Source: a virus. Taken from it: a stretch of DNA of 64,000 nt. The stretch lies in the IMG/VR virus record IMGVR_UViG_3300035698_018475, positions 32,001-96,000 of that record; one strand, 5' to 3'. Of this stretch, positions 36,410-46,529 are shown one piece after another. A program made the translations under genes and the position numbers. The notes beneath the pieces were generated by a model. The model was not told where the DNA came from. It worked only from the letters and a program-made list of their open reading frames with translations, and did not search any database. Position 1 is the first letter of the stretch. Every line of letters starts with the position of its first letter.

Positions 36410-38211
36410 TGATGCCGAACCTTTTGGACTACGTAAATTATGACTTTGATAATCTAGTGGCTCAGCTCCAAGAACGGTTGAGGGAGAACGATGCTTGGAA
36501 AGATGCTTATAGATCTGGCACAGGGCAGATGCTGATTGAATTCTATGCTTATGTGGGGAATTTAGTTCTTTACTATGTGGAAAGAAGAGCAGAAGAGGGT
36601 TATATAGGTACTGCACAGAATAGATCCAGTGTGGTGAATTTAGTTAAACTACTTAACTATTCTCCGAAGAGAAAAACTTCTTCCACCGGGTTATTAACAT
36701 TTTCTCTAGCATCAGCGAATGCTTTTGATATCTATATAGAGAAGTTTGTACGAATCAGTACTTCTGCTGGATTAAAATTTGTTGTAGGAGAGAAAGAACT
36801 GGACGAGGATGGAGAATATACCGGCAATATAGTTGGTGGTGGGGTATTAAGAGCAGGTTCTACCAGTATAGACCTGACAGCTATACAGGGAGAATTGGTA
36901 CAGAAAGAAATAACCTCCCCCGGAACTGCGGATCAGACTTACATAATAGAGGATACTAATGTAGAGAACTACACTTTGTCCGTAACAGTAGATGGAATAA
37001 TTTGGACCAGAGTCACTTCTTTTGCTGCATCCGAATCTAGTGATGCTCATTATGTGGTCAGGGAGGAATTGGATGGTACTCTGAAGATATTATTTGGGGA
37101 TAATGAGAAAGGATATATTCCCCCAATACTGAGTACTATATTTATTCAATATATACTGTCTGATGGGTTGGATGGTAATGTGTTTCAGGGAGATCAAATA
37201 ACCACTATAGATTCTGATATCTTCGATGTAGAGGCAAATTCTATAACTTTGACTGTCACTAATTCAAGTGCAATTGATCCTGATACGGGAGATACCATTG
37301 GTGCTTTTGTGGGTGGGGATAATGAAGAAGATATTGAAGAAATCCGATATGAAGCACCCAGAGTGTTCAGAACAGGAGAAAGGGCGGTCACTAGGAATGA
37401 TTTTATTGCTATACTTGAGAATTATGCCGGAATTGCAACTGCCAATGCCTGGGGAGAAAATGAAGAGACCCCACCAGATTATGATATGTTCAATACGGTA
37501 AATCTTTGCTTCCTTTTGTATGGATGGGCACAACCAACTACTACCTTTAAGTCAGTATTGTCTGATTATTTGTATGGTAGATCCCTGATAACCGTAAAGT
37601 ATGAGTATGTAGATGTGGAAATAGTTTATGTCATTCCTGTTATTGATGTTATTACTACCAAGAACTATTCTTTATCCCAGGCAAGGTTAGATGTGGAAGG
37701 AGTATTTGAAGATCAGTTCGTACTAGGAAGTACCACAAAATTGGGAGAGGCTAAAAATTATTCTAATCTTGTCAGTATGGTTGATGAATTAACTGGAGTA
37801 TCTTACCATCATTTGGTATTGGAATTACATCAAGAAATACAGGATGAAGAGGAGTCATCCTTAGGTTCTGGTGGTACTTATTCTGGAACTTTATTATTGA
37901 TTCCTGTAAAAGCAGAAGCAGAATCGGTTAAGGTCTATCTGGGTTCTGGAAGTACTGCAACTCAGATTGGGGAAGATGATGGTTCTGGAGTATTAGCTTC
38001 TACTGGAGTCACATATACAGTTACGGGAACTATCAATTATACTACTGGAGTATTTTCTGTGACAGTAAGTCCGGAACCAACTTCAGGGACTGTGATAGCC
38101 ATAAGATATCAGCAGGATTATACTGATCGTGAGCAGGATGTAGTAGTAGATTACAATCAGATATGTCGATTACAAGACGTGGATATAACCAGTATTTCAA
38201 GCGAGAACTAA
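36409..38211 (+). CDS. gp6: Baseplate wedge protein gp6 / baseplate-J-like
   Basis: DFDNL, AQNRSSV, FGDNEKG, GGDNEEDIEEIRYEAP, RAVTRNDF. Confidence 0.9.
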   Translation: MMPNLLDYVNYDFDNLVAQLQERLRENDAWKDAYRSGTGQMLIEFYAYVGNLVLYYVERRAEEGYIGTAQNRSSVVNLVKLLNYSPKRKTSSTGLLTFSLASANAFDIYIEKFVRISTSAGLKFVVGEKELDEDGEYTGNIVGGGVLRAGSTSIDLTAIQGELVQKEITSPGTADQTYIIEDTNVENYTLSVTVDGIIWTRVTSFAASESSDAHYVVREELDGTLKILFGDNEKGYIPPILSTIFIQYILSDGLDGNVFQGDQITTIDSDIFDVEANSITLTVTNSSAIDPDTGDTIGAFVGGDNEEDIEEIRYEAPRVFRTGERAVTRNDFIAILENYAGIATANAWGENEETPPDYDMFNTVNLCFLLYGWAQPTTTFKSVLSDYLYGRSLITVKYEYVDVEIVYVIPVIDVITTKNYSLSQARLDVEGVFEDQFVLGSTTKLGEAKNYSNLVSMVDELTGVSYHHLVLELHQEIQDEEESSLGSGGTYSGTLLLIPVKAEAESVKVYLGSGSTATQIGEDDGSGVLASTGVTYTVTGTINYTTGVFSVTVSPEPTSGTVIAIRYQQDYTDREQDVVVDYNQICRLQDVDITSISSEN

Positions 38212-38213
38212 TT

Positions 38214-38708
38214 ATGGGTAGACATCAACTTTATGTATGTGAGTGGACCTTCACTCATAGGGATCTAAATGGAATACTCTCCAAGAAGACCATAAGGAAT
38301 GCTTTGGTAGATCAAGGAGAGAGACTGATACTGGAAACCTTCTTCCGTGGACAGAATACTCCTACGGATTTCTTTGTAGGTCTTGCCTATGGATCTATGT
38401 CAGAATCCAGTACTCTGGATACCATTCCTGGAGAGCCCTCCGGTAATGGTTATGCCAGAGTTACTTTGAGTAGGAATACCACGGACTTTCCTGAGATGGA
38501 ACAGGATGAAGGGGATTGGGTGGTTTATACGCTGGCGAAGGTTTTCACGGCAAGTGGGGGAAGTATTGGTCCAGTTAATCTGGCTTTCATGGGGGCGAAT
38601 ATAGGAGATGGTACTTCCAGACTAGTCAGTTATTTATCATTGCCGGTGGAAACTACTTTACAAGATGGGGAGACTCTTACCTTTACACTGAAGATGAAAG
38701 CGATGTAA
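38214..38708 (+). CDS. Baseplate/tail-associated protein
   Basis: Probable start ATG 38214; RNALVDQG, FVGL, GNGYARV, LQDGETLTF motifs typical of baseplate-adjacent phage proteins. Confidence 0.65.
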   Translation: MGRHQLYVCEWTFTHRDLNGILSKKTIRNALVDQGERLILETFFRGQNTPTDFFVGLAYGSMSESSTLDTIPGEPSGNGYARVTLSRNTTDFPEMEQDEGDWVVYTLAKVFTASGGSIGPVNLAFMGANIGDGTSRLVSYLSLPVETTLQDGETLTFTLKMKAM

Positions 38709-40019
38709 ATGAGAATAGAATTTGAGATACAGGTAGAACGGTCCAGGCAACTTGATCTATTACAACTTATTCCTGATAAGTTCCATGGTTCTGTGGTATT
38801 AAAAGATCTTATCAGAGAAGTGGGTTATCTTGTGGGAACCTGGTTGGAGAAGATAGAAGATCTTATTAAGTTGCAAGACCCTGATATAATTCAACTACGG
38901 TATCTTTATGAGTTGGGTAATCTACTGGGAGTGGAATTTCCTTATGTTAGTTCCAAATTTGAAGTCAGGGTAAGAAAAGAATTAAGGAATGTTATTGATT
39001 GGTATAGAGTAAAAGGTACATATTCTGCACTTACCATTATTGCTAATTTGTTAGGAGTAGATGCAAATATATATGATTTTTACACCAACGATTATACAAA
39101 CTTTTACGCCTCAGAATGGTTTGTGGGAGAAGCGGGGGAAAACCCTCCCGATTTTGATTCCACCTATTATAAATCTCCTCACTTTGGGTTCGAAGTCATA
39201 TTGTTATATAAATTAGATACCGAGGGAGAAGGTTCCTCCGAGGGAGTCGGGCATTTGTGGACTTTTGGCAACTTCTCTGATCTAATAAGGTATTTGGATC
39301 AGGTAAGACCTGTAAATACAGTGCCTCATTTTATACTCCTCTTAGATATCGATCTGGATGAGACCACTGAATATGATTGGCCCTCTGATTGGTATGAACT
39401 ATGGGCGGACGATTCCTTTGGGACCGGTGGACCACCGGTGGTTATAGGGGATATTGTTGGTAGAACCCTGGTGGATCGTCCTGATGCTAAGATCTTTTTT
39501 GATGAAAGATTTATGGTAGAAGGGAGGAATATTAGATTCGATCAAGATGATGGTGAAGGTACGGGAGATAATCATCGGTTTGATGATTATGATACTACCT
39601 TTATGTTATCCATCAATAGTTGGACTATTGGTCAAGGAAATAAAAATGCTACTATATTAGAAAAAGCTGCGGCTTTGTTAGAAACAGATTTTGATATCGA
39701 AACTCCATATCTGTCAGGCACAAGAGCATCTTATACCACTGAGTCAGATCCTATTACTGGGAGAGCGAGATATATTTGGGTGGATGCATTGGGGGTAGAT
39801 ATTTTAACCCTCTCCGATTTGGAAGATAGTTGGGAGTTTGAGATTATATTAGATCCCGAAGATAGGATAGCGGGACTATCAGAGGCTGTTTTGTACATAG
39901 ATGGAGAGCCTGCGGCGGGGGCACTCTTTCCTGATATTGATAAAGATGGGGAAGGTATATATGATTGGTATACCTTTACTGGAGTACAATTACGTATTGT
40001 TTTTAGACTATATAAATAA
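38709..40019 (+). CDS. Baseplate wedge/tail protein (P2 gpI / gp7-like)
   Basis: YLYELGNLLG, WYRVKGTYSAL, QVRPVNT. Confidence 0.75.
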   Translation: MRIEFEIQVERSRQLDLLQLIPDKFHGSVVLKDLIREVGYLVGTWLEKIEDLIKLQDPDIIQLRYLYELGNLLGVEFPYVSSKFEVRVRKELRNVIDWYRVKGTYSALTIIANLLGVDANIYDFYTNDYTNFYASEWFVGEAGENPPDFDSTYYKSPHFGFEVILLYKLDTEGEGSSEGVGHLWTFGNFSDLIRYLDQVRPVNTVPHFILLLDIDLDETTEYDWPSDWYELWADDSFGTGGPPVVIGDIVGRTLVDRPDAKIFFDERFMVEGRNIRFDQDDGEGTGDNHRFDDYDTTFMLSINSWTIGQGNKNATILEKAAALLETDFDIETPYLSGTRASYTTESDPITGRARYIWVDALGVDILTLSDLEDSWEFEIILDPEDRIAGLSEAVLYIDGEPAAGALFPDIDKDGEGIYDWYTFTGVQLRIVFRLYK

Positions 40020-40034
40020 GTGAGGAACTAAACA

Positions 40035-41183
40035 ATGGCTGTTCCAGATCAATTATTGTCGGTGGAGTATCAGGATTATGCAGATTCTCCAGTAGTGAAT
40101 AGGAGATTCCGAAACATAAGACCTCTAGGGATTTACCATGGGGGATATATTACTTTAGAATCTGCAACCAGTATAAAAATAGGAACCCTGGATTGTGAAG
40201 TATCGTCTACTTATCTGAGTACTATACATCAGATAAAATTAGAGACCACTACTGATACTACCATGACCGGACTTGTATCTACCCAGAGATATGTGGTTAT
40301 ACGATGGCAGTATGCTCCAGTCAGGGGAAGTAATGATGCTCAGATATTAGTGGTAGCCTTGGGAAATATACAGACCTATGATTTGGTAGTAGGTATACTT
40401 ACTTGGAATGCAGGTGGTACTGCTATTATTGCAGTGGGTTATTATGATTCTAGTAATAAGGTAAGGCGGGACACGCCGGAACATCCTGAACAATTACTGA
40501 AAGTGGTTCCCCATCCCAGTGGTGCAAGAAATGTGATGGTCAAGTATGGTCGGGCCACTGTTGGTTCTGTCTTATACACTGTAGATGAGCAAGCAGTAGT
40601 TTGTACATCTGCCCCTGGATTTATCTATGTAAATAGTTCCGGAAGTTTGGTATTTGAAGTTGGGGGTACTTATACTGGAAAATTAGTTCTAGCTGCAATC
40701 AGTAATGATCTTATAATTGTATCATCTTCCATAACTGATTTGCGGAGCTTCATTTCCTTACCCAGTTCTTCCAGTAACTATGCATCAGCAACCAGTATAA
40801 CTGCATTTAGTATAGCAAAAGATACTGGTACTGGTCCGGATGGTCAGGGCTCTTTCTATGACATCCCAGTAATGTCTGTAGATATAACAACTACTGGTGG
40901 ACCTTTATTAGTCATGTTTAATGCTTCTATGGGTCAGAAGGTTAATGTTTCTAATTATGTTAGATTATTGGTCGAACGTACTTTAATAGCCAAAAAGATT
41001 TTGCGTACGGGAGAAGGATTTTCTCATCCAGATGCCAGTTTAATGGGAGTATTAGCAGTGGCTGCAGGGACTCATACAGTAAAAGCACAGGTATGGCCCA
41101 GAAATTCAGCAGTGAATAATATTTGGGATGCTACATGGGATTATGAGAACAGGAGAAATCTTGTTGCTGTAGAGTTAGGTTAA
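40035..41183 (+). CDS. Tail fibre-like protein
   Basis: Follows the wedge genes; beta-rich C-terminus (DITTTGGPLLVMFNAS, AAGTHTVKAQ). Confidence 0.6.
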   Translation: MAVPDQLLSVEYQDYADSPVVNRRFRNIRPLGIYHGGYITLESATSIKIGTLDCEVSSTYLSTIHQIKLETTTDTTMTGLVSTQRYVVIRWQYAPVRGSNDAQILVVALGNIQTYDLVVGILTWNAGGTAIIAVGYYDSSNKVRRDTPEHPEQLLKVVPHPSGARNVMVKYGRATVGSVLYTVDEQAVVCTSAPGFIYVNSSGSLVFEVGGTYTGKLVLAAISNDLIIVSSSITDLRSFISLPSSSSNYASATSITAFSIAKDTGTGPDGQGSFYDIPVMSVDITTTGGPLLVMFNASMGQKVNVSNYVRLLVERTLIAKKILRTGEGFSHPDASLMGVLAVAAGTHTVKAQVWPRNSAVNNIWDATWDYENRRNLVAVELG

Positions 41184-41185
41184 GT

Positions 41186-42349
41186 ATGGCTAATAAGAGA
41201 ATGGAACTAGTGGATGAAGAGTCGTTTCCTCCCGATGGGTTTGTGGTAGGTCCCAGTCCTGGTTTAAGGTTTGATCTAGAAGATGAATTTACCATTGGTG
41301 ATGAGTATATCCGTATTTATACTGATATACTTTCAGGTCATGGTAAATATGCTATTCCTCCTTATGCAGGTAATCTCAGTATTCATGCTCTTGATGGTTC
41401 ATATACAGGTCCTATCAATCATGATGGAAGTAATACAGTAGATGTAATTGTGGTGGACTATCTTGGAAGTTTCTACGTTGGGATTACTGGTCCAGGAGCT
41501 GAAGTTTCAAAATATAATAGTGCAGGAGTTAAAGTCGCATCTTGGGGAGTTGGTGGGGATATTGCTCTTAGTAGTACAGGAATATATGTAAATCCAGATC
41601 GTTCATTGTATATTACTACATCTATTGCAGGTAGAGGAATAGAGAAGTATGATAAAGATGGCATTTTAGAATGGTCAAACGGTCTTTCATTTCCTGGATA
41701 TCCAACTTCTATAGATGTGGATGATGATCTGAATATTATAGTAGGTCTTACTACTTCAGGTGCTTCTGGTGTTCCTCTTATCAGTAAATACAGTGCAGCA
41801 GATGGATCTTTACTAGAAGTTATAATGCTTGGGGCCTCAAGAAGTCGTATATATTGGATAAAGTATGAACTTGATGATGATAGAATGTATTGTATATTTA
41901 ATCGTTATACTACTGGAGCACATGCTTTTTGGATAAGAAGTTTGAGTGGTGGTACTAATTTGGATACCTTATCATTTGATGATATGAAACAGTGTGTGTA
42001 TTTTGAAGGTTTCTTCTATGTTACCGCTGGTAATCCTCAGACTGTACAAGGATTTTATGGTACTATATTTAAGTTAAAGGTTACGGGTGATGTTATAACC
42101 GTAGTAGCTACTTATGATACCAATGCTTACTCCAGATCTATATGTATAGATCAGTATAAAAGAGTTTGGGTGGGGGGAAACATAGGGACTAATCCAGATG
42201 CAACAGATGCTATATTTTGGGTATTAGATATAGATCTTAACTTTTTGTATGCAGGGTATCCTCCACTGAAGAATAATACATTCATTTCTCAGTGGCTTGC
42301 ATCTATACCAACAGGAAGAGATTATGATATAGGATTTTTACCTGGATAA
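41186..42349 (+). CDS. Beta-propeller protein, probably tail/receptor-binding associated
   Basis: Repeated blades (VSKYNSAG, IEKYDKDG, ISKYSAADG, ICIDQYKRVWVGG). Confidence 0.6.
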   Translation: MANKRMELVDEESFPPDGFVVGPSPGLRFDLEDEFTIGDEYIRIYTDILSGHGKYAIPPYAGNLSIHALDGSYTGPINHDGSNTVDVIVVDYLGSFYVGITGPGAEVSKYNSAGVKVASWGVGGDIALSSTGIYVNPDRSLYITTSIAGRGIEKYDKDGILEWSNGLSFPGYPTSIDVDDDLNIIVGLTTSGASGVPLISKYSAADGSLLEVIMLGASRSRIYWIKYELDDDRMYCIFNRYTTGAHAFWIRSLSGGTNLDTLSFDDMKQCVYFEGFFYVTAGNPQTVQGFYGTIFKLKVTGDVITVVATYDTNAYSRSICIDQYKRVWVGGNIGTNPDATDAIFWVLDIDLNFLYAGYPPLKNNTFISQWLASIPTGRDYDIGFLPG

Positions 42350-42359
42350 GGATTGATCA

Positions 42360-43001
42360 GTGGGTGGAGCCAAAGTATTTGTAATCGGGGGTGGTCCTTC
42401 TTTAGAGCAGTTTGATCTATCTCTCCTGGAGCAGGAAGATACTATCTGTGTGAACCAGGCAGTATTTGATGTTCCTAACCCCACTTACCTTATAACCTGT
42501 GATTATACTTTCCTGCATAAGGTAGGGAGACAAAAAGTAGCTAATTCCCCTGCTAGGAAGATATTTGTAGCTCAGTTTATAGGTGATACTTTACAAGATA
42601 TTGATTCTCGTATAGTGGACACCCAGCACAATATTGTTTATGATCTATCACTTTTTGATCAGATTATAAGAGCATATACCAGATCTGGTTTGGGCCTTAC
42701 CTTTAATGATTTTCGGAGTGGTGGTAATAGTGGCTATTGTGGTCTGCAATTGGCAGTACTTCTGGGTTATAGGGAAATAAGACTCCTGGGGTTCGATCTG
42801 GGTGTAAGAGGTAGGAGAACTCATTATCATAATGTTTATAGATCTAGTCCTGAAAAATTTCAGAAAAAACTTGATGCTTATTTGAAAGAGTTTATAATTG
42901 GGATCGAACAGTTGCGGAAGGAGATGCCAGATAGAGAAGTATATTCCTCCAGTCCTTTTAGCAGATTGAATGATTATATCCCCATGAAGGAGGGCGTATA
43001 G
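42360..43001 (+). CDS. DUF115/MAF (MptE-like) glycosyltransferase-fold protein
   Basis: VFVIGGGPSL, TICVN, GGNSGYCGLQLAVLLGYREIRLLGFD, THYH. Confidence 0.7.
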   Translation: MGGAKVFVIGGGPSLEQFDLSLLEQEDTICVNQAVFDVPNPTYLITCDYTFLHKVGRQKVANSPARKIFVAQFIGDTLQDIDSRIVDTQHNIVYDLSLFDQIIRAYTRSGLGLTFNDFRSGGNSGYCGLQLAVLLGYREIRLLGFDLGVRGRRTHYHNVYRSSPEKFQKKLDAYLKEFIIGIEQLRKEMPDREVYSSSPFSRLNDYIPMKEGV

Positions 43002-43010
43002 TGTTATTTA

Positions 43011-43042
43011 GACCTCCCAGGATCTCCCCTAAGAGGGGATTT
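43011..43042. repeat. 32-bp hairpin element identical to 21471-21502
   Basis: Exact match, 10 bp after the stop of the upstream gene. Confidence 0.9.
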
Positions 43043-43094
43043 CCCCGATTATGGAGTGCAACCCATGTATTTGCTATTATGAAGGGAATGGCTT

Positions 43095-43174
43095 ATAACT
43101 CCTTATGTTATAAGGGTTTAGAGATTGTTTTTATTATATGTTCCATAACTCGTTATTTTATAAAGGGTTAGAGA
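43095..43174. promoter_or_regulatory. Two 30-bp imperfect direct repeats with dyad symmetry (operator-like)
   Basis: 43095-43124 and 43145-43174, 26/30 identical, 50-bp period; copy 1 contains CCTTAT-gtt-ATAAGG. Confidence 0.5.
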
Positions 43175-43226
43175 AACTTTTTGATACCAAGGATTCTACT
43201 TCTGTATTGGAGTATATTATATACGT

Positions 43227-43907
43227 ATGGATAGTATTACCATAGTTATACCAACAAGGAATAGATATGAGAAGTTGATCAAAACTTTAGAGTCTATTCC
43301 CGATCTTTCTTATGTGAAAATCATTGTAATTTGTGATGGTGAGGATGAGACAAGAAGATTATTGGAAAAAGAGTACATAAGATTTGCGAGAAATATGGAC
43401 GTTTGGGATTTTGCTATTCAGGCAGGTGCAGTACGTTGTAGGAATCATGTTATACAACGTATAAGTGATGGAGTATTATATGCAACTGATGATATAACAT
43501 TCCAGGAGGGAGCAATAGAATCTGCTTTTCACACTTTTAATAAGAACTTCCCCGATGATGATGGAGTAGTGGGATTTGTACAAATTCCAGGTTCTTTTGA
43601 TCCAACAGGAGTGGCCCTAGTGGGTCAAAAGTTTCTCCACAGATACCCGGAGAAAAAGTTGTTCTTCCCTGGATATTTTCATTTTAGTTCTCAAGAAGTT
43701 CATAGATTATGCGAAAGAATTGAATATGTTCATCATGGTATAACTACTTTTGTTCAGGATAAGAATGCGGTGGTGGAGCACCTTCATCCTGGTAAGTTCA
43801 AGGATCAGATGGATCAAACTCATTTAGATGCAAGGATCTTCCGAAGTAGAGATCTTGAATTGTCCAGAAGAAGGAAAAAGGATGCATTAGTTTGGGGTAA
43901 TGTTTAA
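43227..43907 (+). CDS. Glycosyltransferase family 2 (GT-A)
   Basis: ITIVIPTRNR, IIVICDG, ATDD, VEHLHP. Confidence 0.85.
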   Translation: MDSITIVIPTRNRYEKLIKTLESIPDLSYVKIIVICDGEDETRRLLEKEYIRFARNMDVWDFAIQAGAVRCRNHVIQRISDGVLYATDDITFQEGAIESAFHTFNKNFPDDDGVVGFVQIPGSFDPTGVALVGQKFLHRYPEKKLFFPGYFHFSSQEVHRLCERIEYVHHGITTFVQDKNAVVEHLHPGKFKDQMDQTHLDARIFRSRDLELSRRRKKDALVWGNV

Positions 43908-43919
43908 GGAGTTTTAGTA

Positions 43920-44804
43920 GTGGGAAAACCATGTTTCTTTGCTGATGTGGGAGAATTGGGTTGGAGTCTTGACCTTTCCGCTCATATGAGATATCGAAAG
44001 TGTTTGGGTGAAGAAAGTCATGTTATGACTTACCCAGAGAGGTTCTGCCTATATGAGGGTCTTTGTGGATATTCACAAGTACCTGATTCTTTCTACTCAA
44101 ATTTTAGTGAGTTGTTTCCAGATGGCTTTGGTTTTTATGACGAGTTTGGTAGAAGAGTAAAGTTATGGGATTACTTCTCTAAATTAGTACCAGAGGGTTT
44201 TGAGATGTATCCTGGTATGAGGTTTAAGTGTGATAAGTTTTGGGTAGGGAGTTGTATATATCAATCTTATCCAGTTAAGAATCAAATAGAAGGTAAGTAT
44301 ATTCTGGTCTTTCCAAGGTATAGGAAGGAAGCACCTTATAATAGGCGTAATTTATCACAACAATTTTATGTAGATTTAGTGAGAGAATTATGCAGAACTT
44401 TTTCTAATACGAGAATTATTATGGTAGGGGATAGTAGATCTTCCTATTCCTTAGGATTAGTTGGTATATGCCATAATTATGTTGATTATACAAGTGTTCG
44501 ACCAGATCTGCAGAAGATGATAGATCTTTGTGGATCTGCAGTTGCAGCTATTGGTGGACAATCAGCTTTACCAAAACTATCATTGCTTCAGAAAGTCCCA
44601 ACTTTTATGATAGGTCATGAACGGGAAAGACATATAAAGGAACAAAATTGGACGAATACCGAGGTTGGTTTTTATGAAGTGGAGGAAGATGGTTATTCTG
44701 ATCTTACTTTAGACAGTCATTTGTTCCATCCTGGAGTGGATCAGACTATAAGTTGTGGGGAATCTATCATCTCTTTTGTGAGGAGTTGTTTATGTCCATC
44801 TTAG
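43920..44804 (+). CDS. Glycosyltransferase-like protein (GT-B, GT9-like)
   Basis: GELGW start; LVFPR; AIGGQSALPKLSLLQKVPTFMIG. Confidence 0.55.
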   Translation: MGKPCFFADVGELGWSLDLSAHMRYRKCLGEESHVMTYPERFCLYEGLCGYSQVPDSFYSNFSELFPDGFGFYDEFGRRVKLWDYFSKLVPEGFEMYPGMRFKCDKFWVGSCIYQSYPVKNQIEGKYILVFPRYRKEAPYNRRNLSQQFYVDLVRELCRTFSNTRIIMVGDSRSSYSLGLVGICHNYVDYTSVRPDLQKMIDLCGSAVAAIGGQSALPKLSLLQKVPTFMIGHERERHIKEQNWTNTEVGFYEVEEDGYSDLTLDSHLFHPGVDQTISCGESIISFVRSCLCPS

Positions 44805-45607
44805 GGGTATGTATTGTTACTTGTGATAGACCAAATCATCTTGAGAGTTGTATTAAGTCTATACGTAAAGGTAATTATCCTTGTAAAATTGTTGTAGTGG
44901 ATAATGGGGATGTGAAGAAGGAGCAAACTTATCGTATTGTTGAAGAACTCTGTTGTACTTATCTGGAAGGGAGAAATGGAAATTCCCCTGAAGGACAGAA
45001 TATAGGTTTCAATTACTTACAAACAAATGTTGATTTTATACTTAAGTCCGATGATGATATTGAGTACAGTGGAGACTATATCAATAAGTTAATGGAACAT
45101 ATTTTGTTTGATCAGGGTATATGTGCTGTGGGAGGGACTTGTTACTCAAGGCACAGGAAAGAGCGGGTGGAACTTAAAAATGGGAAGTGGTTTTGTGGGG
45201 ATAAAGATGTATCTTCCCGGTTTATGTTATGGAGGGTGAGGCGGCCTCCAAATCTGGTAGATATGAGGTTCTTACATGGTGGATTTATTTATAGAGTAAA
45301 AGATGCTCTGACTTTGAGAAAACATACCCAAAAGGTAAGGGGAGAAGGACCTTTTGGAGACTACTTTTCCAGGGTGGCTTATAGGGAGGAAACTGAATTT
45401 AGTTTTTTACTAAGAGAAATGACTGGACAAAGATTAGTGTTAGATACTTCTGCAGAATCTTTCCACTACTATGCCAAAGGTGGAATAAGAAGATTTGATG
45501 TTAAGGCCTGTTCAAGATCAGACGAGAAAAATATGATGAATGTTTTTGAGAGGTTAGGTAAAGTCCCAACCATATTACCACCTTTTATTGGAGTTCTAGA
45601 TGAATAG
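44792..45607 (+). CDS. Glycosyltransferase family 2
   Basis: GAGGAG RBS before ATG 44792; IVTCDRP, VVVDNG, KSDDD, YREETEF. Confidence 0.85.
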   Translation: MSILGVCIVTCDRPNHLESCIKSIRKGNYPCKIVVVDNGDVKKEQTYRIVEELCCTYLEGRNGNSPEGQNIGFNYLQTNVDFILKSDDDIEYSGDYINKLMEHILFDQGICAVGGTCYSRHRKERVELKNGKWFCGDKDVSSRFMLWRVRRPPNLVDMRFLHGGFIYRVKDALTLRKHTQKVRGEGPFGDYFSRVAYREETEFSFLLREMTGQRLVLDTSAESFHYYAKGGIRRFDVKACSRSDEKNMMNVFERLGKVPTILPPFIGVLDE

Positions 45608-46529
45608 AACAGTAATAGTTAGTTACGGGATTTACCCGGATAATAAAGGTGGAGCTTGTTTGTACAATCATTATCTACAAAGGATGTTCCCAGATATTAA
45701 GATATATGGATGGAATAATTTTATTCTTAGTACGAAATATCCGGATGTTTCAGAAGTGGAAAAGGCAGCTCTTTTGAATGCTTTTTTGTGTGCTAAAGGG
45801 TATATCAGAGAAGGAGATACAATTCTGGGAGACGGTATCTGGGGGAATTTTGGTTTAGATCTTAATAAGTATAATTTAATAAGTGTATGTCACGGGCCAT
45901 GGAGTTCTGTTTGTTCCCCCAGTGATCCCAGGATAGAAAAGCAAAGATTTGGTTATATCCGATCCAAAAGAGTTATAGCTGTATCTTCCAGTGCTGTGCA
46001 GGAATGTAAAGAATCTTATGGAGTAAAAGCTCATGAGATTTTGACTGGGTTGGATACTGATTTTTGGAAACCTATTTGTGGCAAGGAGAGGAACACTGTT
46101 ATCTGGGAGGCCGGGAAGTGGAACAGTCTGAATACTTTAAGAGATGAGTGTCAAGCAAGACTAAGAGAGTTTTCTCATGTTGAAATAAGAACTTTTGATG
46201 ATAAAGAAGTTCGAGAACTTTATAGTACTGGATTTGTATATGTTCATCTTACCAAGTGGGAAGCAAATAGTTTTGCTATCTTAAAAGCACTGTCTTGTGA
46301 TAGACCAGTGATTGGAAGTAATACTGGTTTACTGTTGTGTAAGAGTATTATGGGGAAGAACAAGTTGGGAATTCCAGTTTCTTCACCTGTGCAGAATGTA
46401 GTATTAGCTATAGAGAAGATACATCAGTTACAAGATACATACCATCCAAGAGATTGGATTCTTCGTAATTGTACCTTAGAGAAGTTCAAAGAGCAATGGT
46501 TACCCATACTAGACCAAGACGTGCAGTAA
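45600..46529 (+). CDS. Glycosyltransferase family 4-like (GT-B)
   Basis: VCHG, IAVS, GLDTDFWKP, WEANSFAILKALSCDRPVIGSNTG. Confidence 0.75.
   Translation: MNRTVIVSYGIYPDNKGGACLYNHYLQRMFPDIKIYGWNNFILSTKYPDVSEVEKAALLNAFLCAKGYIREGDTILGDGIWGNFGLDLNKYNLISVCHGPWSSVCSPSDPRIEKQRFGYIRSKRVIAVSSSAVQECKESYGVKAHEILTGLDTDFWKPICGKERNTVIWEAGKWNSLNTLRDECQARLREFSHVEIRTFDDKEVRELYSTGFVYVHLTKWEANSFAILKALSCDRPVIGSNTGLLLCKSIMGKNKLGIPVSSPVQNVVLAIEKIHQLQDTYHPRDWILRNCTLEKFKEQWLPILDQDVQ

Noticed and set aside
26672-42349. Extracellular contractile injection system rather than a virus
   Set aside because: Capsid, prohead protease and neck genes are directly upstream in the same gene run.
21471-43042. 32-bp repeat as a CRISPR array
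   Set aside because: Only isolated copies about 21 kb apart, no spacer series and no cas genes in the window.
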